Notes: generated by a model from the sequence alone, not told the origin. A stretch of 64,000 nt of DNA from Candidatus Lloydbacteria bacterium (GCA_043719805.1 JAYSTI010000015.1:4881-68880); one strand, 5' to 3'; positions 9,408-20,500 are shown, numbered from the stretch's first letter. A program made the numbers and translations.

Positions 9408-11702
9408 ATGCCAAACCATCGACAGCAAAAAACCGGAGACATCCAACTCGCCCGCACCCTCGGCATTCCCGAAGTTACGCTACTTGGCATAGGCGCACTC
9501 CTTGGTGGAGGAATTTTTACATTACTCGGGTCAGCCGCAGGGCTCGCGGGAGGCGGTCTTATCTTCTCGATGCTGCTCGGATCAGGAATCGCATTCATTA
9601 ATTTGAACGCCTATGTTGCACTTGCGACGACGTTTCCACAGGCAGGAGGGGGCTACCACTGGGTGAAAGAAGGGCTTGGTGATTTCTCAGGATTTATGTC
9701 GGGCTGGTGTTCGTGGATGGCCTCGGCCGTTGCGTGCGCACTCTATGCTGTTTCTTTCGGATATTTTATGCAGGAACTGGCGTTTGATTATCTGCAACTT
9801 CCGCATGCTTTTCTTTCGGATTCCGGGTGGGAGATTGCGTTCACGCTTGCCGTCCTCCTCATTTTTGGATTAATCAATTATCGCGGAGTGAAACTATCGG
9901 GAAAGATAGGCGGTGGCATTGCCATCATCATCGTCGGCATTCTCGCATTCTATGTCACATACGGACTAAAGCACATGGCACTAAATCCGGAATTGCTGCA
10001 TATCAATTTTTCACCCCTTCTGCCAATGGGCCTCGCAGGGGTAATTCAGGCGGCCGCGCTATTTTATATTGCGTTTGAGGGCTCTGAGGTCCAGGCTCAA
10101 GCCGGGGAAGAGGTAGAAAACCCCGCAAAGGTCTTGAAAATAGGTCTATTCGCCTCTTGGGCCGTTGTTTCCATAATATACGTGTTCATTGCTGTCATTC
10201 TCATCGGAGCAACCAATGGGGGAGGAATCCCGTCATATCAGTTTTTGGGAGCAGCGTCTGAGCGGGCTATCATCGTGAGCGCAGAGGGATTCATGCCCTT
10301 TGGCTACCTCGTCATGCTCATCGCCGGGCTGCTGGCGAATCTTGCTGCGCTGAATGCAACCATCTACTCCTCATCGCGCGTGCTCTTTTCGCTTGGACGT
10401 GACCGACTGGTGTTCTCATCACTTGGAAAAATGCATCCCATCTATTTTATCCCGACGCGCGCACTGCTCCTCTCCCTTGCGTTTGTTGCCGTGATTTCAA
10501 CATTTCTTCCACTCAAAGATATTGCCAGTGTCGCGGACATTCTCTTCATCGTGTTATTCATGCAGTTGAATATTGCGTACATACAATTGCGCAGACAGAA
10601 GCCGGAAGCAAAGTGGCAATACGTCGTGCCCTTCGAGCCGTACCTTCCGCTTGTCGCCGTATTTTTGTACTTCCTCCTTGCCGTTGCTTTGTTTCATGTC
10701 AGTCCAACGGCAATATATTTCCTCTTAATCTGGGTATTATTTGGACTGGTCAACTATTTTGGTTATTCAAAGCGCGTCGAACGCGAAGACCACGCAAGGG
10801 AGGTAGTGTATGAGCACTCCACGCGCTTTCATCCGAAGAGCGAGTATCGTGTAGTGCTTCCCGTGGGTAGCGAGAAGAATTGGCATAGTTTTGCGGAGAT
10901 TGCCTCTGCGATGACAAAAGAAGAGGGCGGTGACCTTATCGCGTTGCGTATCCACGAAATGAAGGGGAACGACGACATCACCGGAGCATTTAACTCTTCA
11001 CGCGACAAGCGAGTTCTCGAAGAGATCGAAGAGGACATGGTGAGCAAGAAGATGAATATAGAAACGCGCATTGTGGCGTCCCACTCAGTTCCCGAAGCGA
11101 TTCTCGATACTATCCAATCTGAAAATGCGGATCTCGCACTGCTCAACTGGGACGGTCATGTGAATACGAAGGGGTTCATTTTCGGCCGCAAGATTGACGT
11201 AGTGCTTCATCGTGCAAAGTGTGACCTCCTTACCGTAAAGCTCGGCCTCGAGGATAAAAAGAAAAAGGTCATCATCCCCGTGGCCATCGATGCGAATCCC
11301 AACCTGCGTTTTACCGGGAAGGTCGCCACTGCGCTGTGTAACTCATTCGATTCGACAATTATGGTCGTGATGGTAGTACCTATCGACGTATTGGGAATCG
11401 AGGATGCGCGGTACAAGAAGATACTCGAAGTGCATGTGCGCGAGCTGAAGATTAAAGCGCAGGGGCGCGTCGAATCAATGTTGGTGTACTCCGATTATCT
11501 CGCATCGGGCATATTGAAAGCAGCAACGGGTTATGATGTCGTTCTTCTTCCGGCCGCACGCGGTCGCATTACCCGTGCCATTGGCGTCGGTTCGATACCC
11601 GAGCAAGTCGCAAAGAACTGCCGCAGAAAAACTGTTCTCATCGCAAAGGGTTACAAGGGGATAGCCCAGCCCTTCTGGGAGTACCTCATGAACCGGCTAT
11701 AG
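9408..11702 (+). CDS. APC-family amino-acid permease fused to C-terminal tandem universal stress protein (UspA) domains
   Basis: A 764-aa ORF. The N-terminal half has about 12 TM segments with APC motifs. The C-terminal ~280 aa hold two Usp-like alpha/beta domains. Confidence 0.8.
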   Translation: MPNHRQQKTGDIQLARTLGIPEVTLLGIGALLGGGIFTLLGSAAGLAGGGLIFSMLLGSGIAFINLNAYVALATTFPQAGGGYHWVKEGLGDFSGFMSGWCSWMASAVACALYAVSFGYFMQELAFDYLQLPHAFLSDSGWEIAFTLAVLLIFGLINYRGVKLSGKIGGGIAIIIVGILAFYVTYGLKHMALNPELLHINFSPLLPMGLAGVIQAAALFYIAFEGSEVQAQAGEEVENPAKVLKIGLFASWAVVSIIYVFIAVILIGATNGGGIPSYQFLGAASERAIIVSAEGFMPFGYLVMLIAGLLANLAALNATIYSSSRVLFSLGRDRLVFSSLGKMHPIYFIPTRALLLSLAFVAVISTFLPLKDIASVADILFIVLFMQLNIAYIQLRRQKPEAKWQYVVPFEPYLPLVAVFLYFLLAVALFHVSPTAIYFLLIWVLFGLVNYFGYSKRVEREDHAREVVYEHSTRFHPKSEYRVVLPVGSEKNWHSFAEIASAMTKEEGGDLIALRIHEMKGNDDITGAFNSSRDKRVLEEIEEDMVSKKMNIETRIVASHSVPEAILDTIQSENADLALLNWDGHVNTKGFIFGRKIDVVLHRAKCDLLTVKLGLEDKKKKVIIPVAIDANPNLRFTGKVATALCNSFDSTIMVVMVVPIDVLGIEDARYKKILEVHVRELKIKAQGRVESMLVYSDYLASGILKAATGYDVVLLPAARGRITRAIGVGSIPEQVAKNCRRKTVLIAKGYKGIAQPFWEYLMNRL

Positions 11703-12127
11703 GTCTTCCATAAATAGCGAGCTTCTTTGTTGCGTTTCCTTACAGGAACTGTACAGCTTTTGGATTTTTAAGAAAAAATCTCCAAAGCTCTTGCCGAACG
11801 GGTCCCACCCCGTTCCTCACCCACGCGACGCGGGCAACATATCAGAATATGTCTTCCTTGTCGCGTCTCCCGCGCCCTACTGGCGCAGTACACCTTTTGG
11901 ATACTTTTTTCGCTTCGCTCAAAATTATCTCAAAAGGTCTTGCTGTGGTCCCATCTGGATGGGTTCCCTTCACCACACCTCACCTCGAATCTCATCCATT
12001 TATAGTTGACGTAGTAAATTTGGTCCGCGCGCTTTCAAGTTCATGTTCTGAAAAAGACATATCCATCAACGTATTTTGACATTTTCACGGTGTAGGAAAT
12101 TGGGGTTGCGCTTTCTTTATTAGTGTG

Positions 12128-12133
12128 TATAAT
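12128..12133 (+). promoter_or_regulatory. Candidate -10 (TATAAT) upstream of the RRM gene
   Basis: The sequence gtgtgTATAATatatg sits about 95 bp upstream of the ATG. A TTGACA hexamer lies at 12076. Confidence 0.2.
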
Positions 12134-12229
12134 ATATGCATTCGTGTGTTTCTCGGGTGCTGCTGCATTAGCTGCGTGCGAGTCGAGAAGGTCGTACGCG
12201 AAGTTTTATGCAACTAGTTCTGACACAAA

Positions 12230-12544
12230 ATGGCTCAAAAGCTATACATTGGTGGATTGCCTTACTCAACGACGGATCAGGAGCTTGGTGATGCTTTCGC
12301 ATCGGCAGGTTCTGTAGTTTCGTCTTCGATCGTCACAGACCGAATGACCGGCCGCTCACGCGGATTCGGCTTCGTCGAAATGGCGTCGGAAGCTGAGGCA
12401 AATGCCGCTATTGATATGTGGCACGGCAAAGAGTTCGGTGGGCGTACGCTCACAGTGAATATTGCCCGCCCAAAGGAAGACCGACCACAAGGTGGTGGCG
12501 GTGGACAAGGTGGACAGCGCCGCGAGTGGCGCGAGCGCAATTAA
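12230..12544 (+). CDS. RRM-type RNA-binding protein with a Gly-rich C-terminal tail
   Basis: The RNP-2 motif (LYIGGLPY) and the RNP-1 motif (RGFGFVEM) are both present. The tail ends in GGGGGQGGQRR. Confidence 0.85.
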   Translation: MAQKLYIGGLPYSTTDQELGDAFASAGSVVSSSIVTDRMTGRSRGFGFVEMASEAEANAAIDMWHGKEFGGRTLTVNIARPKEDRPQGGGGGQGGQRREWRERN

Positions 12545-12565
12545 TATTGCGATCCAGCATTCAAT

Positions 12566-12604
12566 CAAACACCCCGCACTTACGTGCGGGGTGTTTGATT
12601 TTGT
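12566..12604 (+). terminator. Rho-independent terminator of the RRM gene
   Basis: The hairpin is aaacaccccgcac-ttac-gtgcggggtgttt, followed by gatttt. Confidence 0.7.
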
Positions 12605-12647
12605 AAGCATTTTTCTGCTCCTACCAAGTCCTCATGGGCGATGTCTC

Positions 12648-12691
12648 CCGAAGTACTATTTAGCCGCTATCGCGGCTAAATAGTACTTCGG
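12648..12691. repeat. Perfect 20-bp-arm palindrome, 7 bp from the left end of the IS element
   Basis: The sequence ccgaagtactatttagccgc-tatc-gcggctaaatagtacttcgg was verified base by base. Confidence 0.8.
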
Positions 12692-12698
12692 AGTTCAT

Positions 12699-13691
12699 TA
12701 GACTTGCTCCCCAATAACTCCCACTCGTCAAAAAACACACCCCACGGGTGTTTTTATGTTCGGTAACTCAAGTGATAGTTCCACAACCCCGCAGCGAGTT
12801 GAATGAAGAGGTCATCCAATTTCCCCAGTCGATTGCGAAAGGTCTCGGATACTGCACGAAAGCGTTTCATGCCACCGATTGCATGCTCCATGCGGACACG
12901 AATGCTTGAAATGAGTTTGTTCTCCGCTTTTTGTGTGGGTGTCAGTGGATATTTTTTTTGTTCCCTTTGTCGGTATACACACATTGGGGTGTTGTTTCTG
13001 TATTCCCTTAAATCCCGTGTCGACCCATATGCCCACCGAGGGTGGAATATGTGCGATTAACGATGCTTTGTCTGCCAGCCGTTTGTCATGCCGTCTTCCT
13101 GCTTTGGTGGGAGACACATAGAGAATGCGTTTCTTTTCATCGGTCATAATGATGTTCTTGCGTGTGGTGGTCTTCTTCTTTCCCGAGTATTGCTTGCGTT
13201 GATTCTTGGGTTTCTTGGGACGCTGTATTCGTCGTTCGGTTCCATCAAGAAATACATCCTTCACTTCCGGAAAGAGACGAAGAAACTCGTCGATGTCACC
13301 GATCCTCCGCTTGGGGAGCGTGTGCTTCACCTCCATACTGCGATTGAGCACTTGCGCAAAGAAGTGTACCGCCTCACAAGTTCTTCCTCGTGATTTCCCT
13401 GACAAGAAACCCAGGATATCAAAGGTGGGGTATGTTTTGAAATAGAAAAGGATGAAGAAGAGCTTTGCTTCGGCGGTGGAGAGATGCCCCTTTTGTCCTC
13501 CACCAGGGTTTCTTTTCCGATCTGGTTTCTTCATTTGAACGCTTTTCAGTGAGCATTCAAATACAGGAAGCAAATCGGTAAATTCTTGGTAACTAAGGCC
13601 GGTGAGTGCCTTAATGGCGCGATGGTCATGGGCAAGTTTGGTAATGTTCATTCATCTATTTTCTAATTTTTCTTATTGGGGAGCAAGTCTA
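12699..13691 (-). mobile_element. IS5-family (DDE_Tnp_4 / ISL2-like) insertion sequence of about 993 bp with 19-bp perfect terminal inverted repeats
   Basis: The left TIR is TAGACTTGCTCCCCAATAA at 12699..12717. Its reverse complement is at 13673..13691. A single transposase ORF lies inside. A possible TA target duplication flanks the element. Confidence 0.75.
12812..13651 (-). CDS. IS5-family DDE transposase
   Basis: A 279-aa ORF with the motif DGTERRIQRPKKPKNQRKQYSGKKKTTTRKN...GRRHDKRLAD, the DDE_Tnp_4 / IS5 ISL2-group signature. Confidence 0.8.
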   Translation of the reverse strand: MNITKLAHDHRAIKALTGLSYQEFTDLLPVFECSLKSVQMKKPDRKRNPGGGQKGHLSTAEAKLFFILFYFKTYPTFDILGFLSGKSRGRTCEAVHFFAQVLNRSMEVKHTLPKRRIGDIDEFLRLFPEVKDVFLDGTERRIQRPKKPKNQRKQYSGKKKTTTRKNIIMTDEKKRILYVSPTKAGRRHDKRLADKASLIAHIPPSVGIWVDTGFKGIQKQHPNVCIPTKGTKKISTDTHTKSGEQTHFKHSCPHGACNRWHETLSCSIRDLSQSTGEIG

Positions 13692-13705
13692 TTGTTTGCG
13701 TAAAC

Positions 13706-14275
13706 TCATTCTTGCACTCCGCATTCAAAAAATAATTTTTTAAGGTACTCAGAAAATGCACGCATTTCTTCCTGATATTCTTCAAGGCGAGTTTGTCGCG
13801 TTTCTTCATCTTCAATGGCTTGAATGTCAGACCCGATGCTTTCGAGTCGACTTAGTTTGTGCCCATATCCACTTGTGCTAAGCATCTGGTGGATAGGTAC
13901 TTTGCGTTCGCCATAAAAGTCATCGAGGATGGCAATGAGTCGTCGCCGTTCCTCAAGATTTTTTCGCATGATTTCCTCGAGTATTGCCTCCTTTTCTTCA
14001 TCACTGGTCGCGTCTTTCGCTTTGCGATAAAGTGCCGGCGCATCCCTTGTCTCAATGTCGACCCATGGTGCCCGAGTTCCGTGGTCAAGGTGGCCTTCGC
14101 AGGAACCGGTAGAATGGAATCCGCTTACAATGAGTCCGGCAAGGGCTTCTTTGATGCCCTCATCCACACCCCTTCCCAATTTGTCTGCAAAGGATTCTAT
14201 ATCTTCCCTCACCTTGTCCCAGACAGCCATCTTCTCAGGATTGAAGCCACCTTGATCTTCCGTATGTGTTTCCAT
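13706..14275 (-). CDS. Hypothetical acidic cytoplasmic protein
   Basis: A 189-aa ORF with no recognisable domain. Its density and orientation fit a real gene. Confidence 0.45.
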   Translation of the reverse strand: METHTEDQGGFNPEKMAVWDKVREDIESFADKLGRGVDEGIKEALAGLIVSGFHSTGSCEGHLDHGTRAPWVDIETRDAPALYRKAKDATSDEEKEAILEEIMRKNLEERRRLIAILDDFYGERKVPIHQMLSTSGYGHKLSRLESIGSDIQAIEDEETRQTRLEEYQEEMRAFSEYLKKLFFECGVQE

Positions 14276-14337
14276 TTATTCATAATAGGACTACTACTTC
14301 TTATTTGCAATGTTCGCATGTGGCACAAAACACATAA

Positions 14338-14362
14338 GACACATAAGGCAGCCTTATGTGTC
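14338..14362 (-). terminator. Hairpin downstream of the minus-strand gene 14390..14995. It may be a terminator.
   Basis: The hairpin is gacacataagg-cag-ccttatgtgtc, with 11 perfect base pairs. Confidence 0.35.
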
Positions 14363-14389
14363 CGCGACCAACTATCAAGAAAATGAAAG

Positions 14390-14995
14390 CTATGGTGTCA
14401 CGATCGAAAGAGTAGTTTTTGCGTCATGGATGTCCTGATTCCAGACGGCGAGTGTCGTGATGAGGCGATCGTATGCGGTGTTATTTTTATCAAGCGACTC
14501 TTTGTACGGCGCCGCACAGGCGTCGTTCCAGTTGGCGCAATTTTGATTGAACCCTGCTACAAGTTCCACGGATTCGTTTTTGATACGCAGCATCTCCTGT
14601 GAGAGCCTATCTGCGGCAAGCGTCTTTTCGTTAATCGTGGCTTCAAGCGAAGCACGGACGACCTCCGGAGAGGGGAGAATAATTTCTGGTGCAGAAATAT
14701 CAGCTCCAACATTTGCTTCGTCGAATACTTCTGCGCTCGAGGCATCCAGCGCACTACCTTCCACCTCTCTGCCAGTGGCGCCCTGATTGTCCGGAAGTGC
14801 ACTCCCGACTCCCGCAAGCTGCCCCGTAGGGCTTGTTGGCATCCAAAGGGTAAGATTACCCGTCGCGCCTATTCCGAGAATTACGCCAACGAGGAACGTT
14901 CCAAGGATAGCGCCAAGATGCACCTGTGACACGAGCGAAGGCTTTTCTTTTTGAATGACGATTGGAATGTGTACCATGAGAGCACTGTACCACAA
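14390..14995 (-). CDS. Hypothetical membrane-anchored protein. The start may be the internal Met at 14977.
   Basis: A 201-aa ORF with an N-terminal TM helix (LGAILGTFLVGVILGIGA) and a helical C-terminus. Confidence 0.45.
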   Translation of the reverse strand: MWYSALMVHIPIVIQKEKPSLVSQVHLGAILGTFLVGVILGIGATGNLTLWMPTSPTGQLAGVGSALPDNQGATGREVEGSALDASSAEVFDEANVGADISAPEIILPSPEVVRASLEATINEKTLAADRLSQEMLRIKNESVELVAGFNQNCANWNDACAAPYKESLDKNNTAYDRLITTLAVWNQDIHDAKTTLSIVTP

Positions 14996-15199
14996 TATTT
15001 AGTATAACGCAAGTAATTATGGACGAATCGTAGACCATGTTCCCTAAAATATAATCTGTGTGTTTATATAGGTATTTTGATGGTTCATAATATGCAGATA
15101 AGTGTTTTTTGTTCAAAGTAAGTTTGACACTCCCGCAAGTTTCTTGTTTGGGGATAACTTTTACAATTGCCTTATTTTTCAATGTAGAATATATAGATC

Positions 15200-15237
15200 G
15201 ACCATCGATATTTAGTGAAATCTCGACCATCGAGTTC
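15200..15237 (+). promoter_or_regulatory. Direct repeat TCGACCATCGA (x2) just upstream of the HTH gene. It is a candidate operator.
   Basis: The sequence aTCGACCATCGAtatttagtgaaatcTCGACCATCGAgtt ends 6 bp before the ATG at 15243. Confidence 0.3.
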
Positions 15238-15242
15238 CCAAA

Positions 15243-15737
15243 ATGACCTCAGAAGTGCAAAAAAAAGCAGGATTTATCACCCTCAAGGAAGCGAGTGAGC
15301 GTTTTGGGTATTCACCGGACTACATTGGACAGCTCATCAGAAAGGGCAAGCTCGAAGGAAAGCAGGTCTACGCGAATGTGGCTTGGATGACGACACCGGA
15401 GGCGATGGAAGAATATCTTGCCAAGGAAAAACGCACTGGGAAGACCGACAAGGAGAAAGTGAAGTGGACGCAGGATAGAGTGATGCAGACACTCTTCGAA
15501 CGCGACGGAAGCCGCGTATTGTCATGGGTACTTTATGCGACAATGGGAGTGCTTGCACTTGCGCTTTTGGTGGTGTTTTATTTTCTTTCCGTAGCACTCG
15601 ACAACCGCATGCAAGAGAGCGCGAAGGCACGACTTATCGAAACTACTTCCACCATGACAATACGTGTCGAGAAAGAAACACTCTCCGCATCCGGGTTAAT
15701 TCCACATGAGTTACTCTTTTCTTCCCGGAAGATATGA
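15243..15737 (+). CDS. Helix-turn-helix DNA-binding protein (HTH_17 / excisionase-like) with a C-terminal TM helix
   Basis: The HTH segment is ITLKEASERFGYSPDYIGQLIRKGKLEGKQV. The TM helix is VLALALLVVFYFLSVAL. Confidence 0.55.
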   Translation: MTSEVQKKAGFITLKEASERFGYSPDYIGQLIRKGKLEGKQVYANVAWMTTPEAMEEYLAKEKRTGKTDKEKVKWTQDRVMQTLFERDGSRVLSWVLYATMGVLALALLVVFYFLSVALDNRMQESAKARLIETTSTMTIRVEKETLSASGLIPHELLFSSRKI

Positions 15738-17524
15738 TCGAGAGAAACAACAATCATGTCGTGAGGTTGGGAGTACGCAGTGGCGCATCGCGTCCCACAT
15801 TTGCTGCGGTCAATCTTTCATCGCACGTGTTTGGCGCGCCACGCGTTGCTCCGACAAAAAAAATAACAGACGTACCTCGTTCGTTGCGCGGCGAGGAGAG
15901 AAGTGAAGAAGTTTCGACGCGGTCTACTTTTTATACCAGTACCATCGTAGGAGTTTTCTCGAAGGTCGCGGTATTACTCATTGTCCCCGTGCTTATTTTC
16001 CGCCCCCTCCTTCCGCTCTATGCCGCAGACGAGAGTGTAGCCTCACCGGTTGAAGTTTCTCCTGCGCCGGAAGTGGCGTCGCCTCCCGTCACACCAGCAC
16101 CTACCGTGGATGCTCCTGTTGATAGTGCGGCCGCAGATGTTCCTGCATCTGACGCTACTGCCATACCAAGCGACACGGAGGAGGTCCTGGTCGAAGAAAC
16201 CACGGTTGTAGTGGACGCGCCTCTGCCTCCTGCTGATGTTCCTCCCGCCATCGACACTCCACCCGAAGAGATCTCAGCGCAAACTCCCGGTGCTGCAACG
16301 ACGAGTGGCGCGACTCCGGCAGACGCTCTTCCCGCAGGAGGGGAAGTGCCCGGAGATTCGGGTGAGGCAAGTAGTACCCCTGTCGTGACAGAAGTGATGC
16401 CGACCGAAGAGGTTCCGCCGGTAACAATTGAAGAGGTGCCCGTAGTCGAGGAGGTTGCGCCCACTGAAGAAGTAGACTCCATTGAACCTGTCGCACCCGA
16501 GCTCACCAAAGAAGAAATCATTGCGCGTGAGCTCGAGAGTCGCTCTATCACGATGCGCCAAGAGTTGAAAAAAGAGATTGAGGCTGATGTGCTGAAGGGG
16601 TGTCTGACGCTCGATGGTGTCGGATATTATTGCTTGAAAGACAATGCACGCGCGGTCGCCTCCGGCACTCCATCACAGGCTCTTACCGCCGTCCACGCAG
16701 ATGTTGTTGTAGGGGGTACCGACAAAGAGATAATTGCGGACCGTGGTACCGAGATGATTCGACTGACCGATAACGATGTTGAGGACGCATTTCCTGCGAA
16801 AGACGTTGGAGGCACGCACGTGGTGTGGCAGACAGAAGACAGCGGGCGCTGGCAAATATTTTTCGCTGATGTATCTTCGAGTACTCCAACCATCTCACAG
16901 TTGACACACGGCACCGAGAGTAACTTCAATCCGCGCGTCGATGGTGGGAGTGTCGTCTGGCAAGGCTGGGTCGACGGAGGCTGGGAGATATTTCTTGCTG
17001 ACCAACTTTCCGCATCATCGCATTATGCGGCGGACAAGATGCCACAACTAAACACAATGCTCGGCATCGATGCATCGTGGCACGTCGTCCGCATCACACA
17101 AAATTCCGTGCACGATATGTTTCCGGCAATTGCCGGCGGCCTTGTGACGTGGCAGTCATTCGAAGGGGGAGTGTGGAGTGTCTACGCCTACAGCGTGATG
17201 ACCGGGAAGACAACCAAGCTTTCCGACGACGGCACAAAGAGTGAGAATCCGCGCTTTGCAGTCACGTGGGACGAGCGCGGTGCGAACGGGGAAACGCGCA
17301 TGATGGGATACGATATCGCAACAGGCGGAAAGGTCGACATGACACAGGCCGCACGCAATGTGCAGGGCGACAACAAACCCTATGTGCCGCAAACTCCGCA
17401 GCAGGCCCCCGAGCCGCTCGCACTTCCGGGTACTGCATCGACAACGGGCACAAGTACTGCGATGCGGGGTACAGGCGAGGGTGGTGACACGGGCGCCGGA
17501 ACAAGCACCGATACAACGATATGA
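15734..17524 (+). CDS. Secreted protein with a Pro/Ala/Val/Glu-rich linker and a TolB-like beta-propeller (PD40-like repeats)
   Basis: There is a signal anchor and a low-complexity region at 16020..16520. The motif W(Q)xxxDGxWxIFxAD recurs. Confidence 0.55.
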   Translation: MIERNNNHVVRLGVRSGASRPTFAAVNLSSHVFGAPRVAPTKKITDVPRSLRGEERSEEVSTRSTFYTSTIVGVFSKVAVLLIVPVLIFRPLLPLYAADESVASPVEVSPAPEVASPPVTPAPTVDAPVDSAAADVPASDATAIPSDTEEVLVEETTVVVDAPLPPADVPPAIDTPPEEISAQTPGAATTSGATPADALPAGGEVPGDSGEASSTPVVTEVMPTEEVPPVTIEEVPVVEEVAPTEEVDSIEPVAPELTKEEIIARELESRSITMRQELKKEIEADVLKGCLTLDGVGYYCLKDNARAVASGTPSQALTAVHADVVVGGTDKEIIADRGTEMIRLTDNDVEDAFPAKDVGGTHVVWQTEDSGRWQIFFADVSSSTPTISQLTHGTESNFNPRVDGGSVVWQGWVDGGWEIFLADQLSASSHYAADKMPQLNTMLGIDASWHVVRITQNSVHDMFPAIAGGLVTWQSFEGGVWSVYAYSVMTGKTTKLSDDGTKSENPRFAVTWDERGANGETRMMGYDIATGGKVDMTQAARNVQGDNKPYVPQTPQQAPEPLALPGTASTTGTSTAMRGTGEGGDTGAGTSTDTTI

Positions 17525-20500
17525 AGCAACTTCATTTCAATGTAATAAGGAGTATCCGACGCCGCGCACGGCGTGTGCTTCGCACATCGGGAATATTTTT
17601 CCTCACTTTGCTGACAATCTTTTACAGTTTTGGCGGTCTCGACTTCTATCTTGGGCTCATGACGCCATTTGCTCCCCGTGAGGCAGAGGCGGCATACACC
17701 GGAAAGCATCTCCGCACCGTTGAATTTATTTTGGGCGGAGGCACAGAGGCATCATCACGCGCGACGACACTCCTTACGTACTTCGGGTCAGCGACCTCGA
17801 CCACAAAGGGCCCCGCAGGAACAATGCCGGTCAAAATTCAGGGCTCCAGCATCGAAGTGAAAAGTGCGTATATTGACGTTGCGTATGTTATCGCAAGTCA
17901 GACAAATATCACCAACGAAGACGTTACTATTGATGTTGGTGGTTCTTCCTCTGGTGGCACAGATGCTCGCGTCGCAGAACTTGTTGGTGCGAGCCTTTAT
18001 GCGCAAAGTGGTGCCTTTACGAGCTACGTGAGACATCAGTACGACGTGACATCCTTTTTTGACCGACAGAGTGACGCAAGTTTCAATGCGGGAATACCCG
18101 TTGTGGCAAGTGTGGCCGTTACTGGCCCTACGCGTTCGCTGACCACACTCAGATTGGTTGTTACCTACGAGCAAAATTATTCAGCGAGTGTGCACACTGA
18201 GACGAAGACTGTGCGCTTCCCACTTGCTTCGACTGCAGCAAGCGACCGCGGTACGCGCGGGACGGTGTGTGCAGCCGCTACGACATGCACATTTCTTGCA
18301 ACGTCTACTATTCCCGATGCTGCGCTCGATGCGGATATCGTGAGTGTATATGTGGAGATGCATGGTGAGGTAAGCTCAAATCTTTCATCAAATTGGAGAA
18401 TAGGAATCCGCGGCGGGACTGGAACAAACGCGACGTCGTCTCCATTTGCGTGGTCGGAGTTGCTCACCGATGCTCCCGTTTATACAACCATCTGGAGTCC
18501 GACGGTGGGAAGTCCGAATTTTCAGAGGAATGCCGTGATGACTTTCGACGTACTGACCGGTACCGCCCCCGTCAACGCACTTGGCGGTGAGCTTGTCATT
18601 ACCTACAGTTTTTCTACCAATGCAGCGGTGCAGACGGAAACGGTGCGCTACTTTATGGACCAGCGCACCGCAGGCCCCGGTACAACACGCAATAACTTCG
18701 CCACGACATCGATGACGATATCCAACGGTGGGTTGTCTATGAAAAACGTATGGTTCAAAGTGCATACTGCACCCTTTGCTGCGAGTACTTTCACTTTATT
18801 CGGCAAGGTTGGGACGTCAACGGAGGTGACGAGGGGAATCACTATTGCAGCCGGAAATACCCGTGCAGGTAATGACCATACGATAATTTTCGACATGTCC
18901 GACAAGGCGGGGAATTTCTTTACGGCCGCAACTGACGTAATGGGAGCAACACAATTTTCTGCAGGCGGTGCACCGCCGGGAGTAGAGGCCTATTTCACAT
19001 TCACATGGAGCGGAAGTGCGGGGGGTGCAGAGACAAAAACGGTGACGTTTTCGGCCGCACAGCAGGGAACCAACGCAATCACAGGGGACTTTAATAATCG
19101 CCCCGCATATCTCTCACTCCCCGAGACGGTCACAAAGACATACCGCAGTGCATACCTTGAAACGAAGTACATGCATTCCCAGGCTTCCGCGTCCTTTGCT
19201 ATCGGCACTCTTACTATTGCCGTGAACGGTTCTTCAACGGTGATAACCGAGGTTGGAGATACTGAATCATATGCGTCGACCTATTTTGCTCAAATCGCGT
19301 CGTCGACATTTTCGGATGGAAACACCATCGCATGGACGGAGCGCGCCATAGAAATTAGTGAAGGAAAAAATGTGGCAAATCTCACCTCGTTCGCGAATAT
19401 GGTGGTGGTGACGTACGATGTAGATTTTTCTATCACCCAAGTAACCCCACCAGCGAAGCACCTCCGCACTGTGGAGTTTGTATTGGGAGGGGGCACCGAC
19501 ACGACATCACGCGCAACGGCGGTTTTGGCATATGGAGGGGCGACATGGAATACAGTGAAGGGTACAGCGGGGACTCGGTCGGTCATGATAAAAGGCTCGG
19601 GTATCGCAGTAAAAAACGCTTACCTTGACGTGTCGTATGTCATTAATACTTCCGCTGTTGTGACGAATGAAAATGTTTTTATTGATGTTGGTGGTTCATC
19701 ATCGGGGGGTACTGATGCGCGAGTTTCGGAGCTACTTGCTGCGTCACTTTGGGCAGCAAGTGGCCTCTCCGGATACCAGCGTCATCAGTACGACGTCACC
19801 GCATTCTTCGATAGACAGGGCGATGCAAGCTGGAACACGGGTATACCGGTCGCGACTGCGGTCTCTGTGACCGGACCGTCGCACTCACTCACTACGGTGA
19901 GGCTTGTTATTACATACGAGGAAAATTATTCACTTGTTCCACACACGGAAACGAAGACCGTGCGCTTCCCACTCTCCTCAATGGTGGCCGGGGACAGGGG
20001 TACGCGGAGTACGGTATGTGCCGCGGCGACAACATGCTCATTTCTTGCAACCTCTACAATTCCCGATGCAGTCGCCGATGGGGACATTGTGGATGTTTAT
20101 GTCGAAATACACGGCGAGGTAGATTCAAATGCTGCGTCGACTTTTCAGGTAGGCATTAGAGGCGGAAGCGGTGGAAACGCAACATCAACAGCATACAATT
20201 GGACAGAAGTGCTCCTCGACGACAACACAAAAACCGCTATTTGGCGTCCGACTGTTGGTAGTCCTAATTTTCAAAGGAATGCAGTGATGACCTTCGATGT
20301 GCTCATCGGGGCCGTGCCGATGAACGCACTCGGGGGTGAACTTGTCGTTACATACAATTATTCTACAGGTGCGGCGTTGCAAACAGAAACGGTCCGTTAT
20401 TTCATGGACCAAAATGCGACCTCTACCCCAGGAAATGCGCGGAGTGAGTTTCCTACGACAACGATGACGATATCGAATGTGGGTTTATCCATGCAAAATA

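Noticed and set aside
11791-12079. Two overlapping small ORFs (72 and 76 aa) between the permease and the RRM gene
   Set aside because: They overlap each other in different frames with no coding signal. The region more likely holds the RRM-gene promoter (a TTGACA at 12076).
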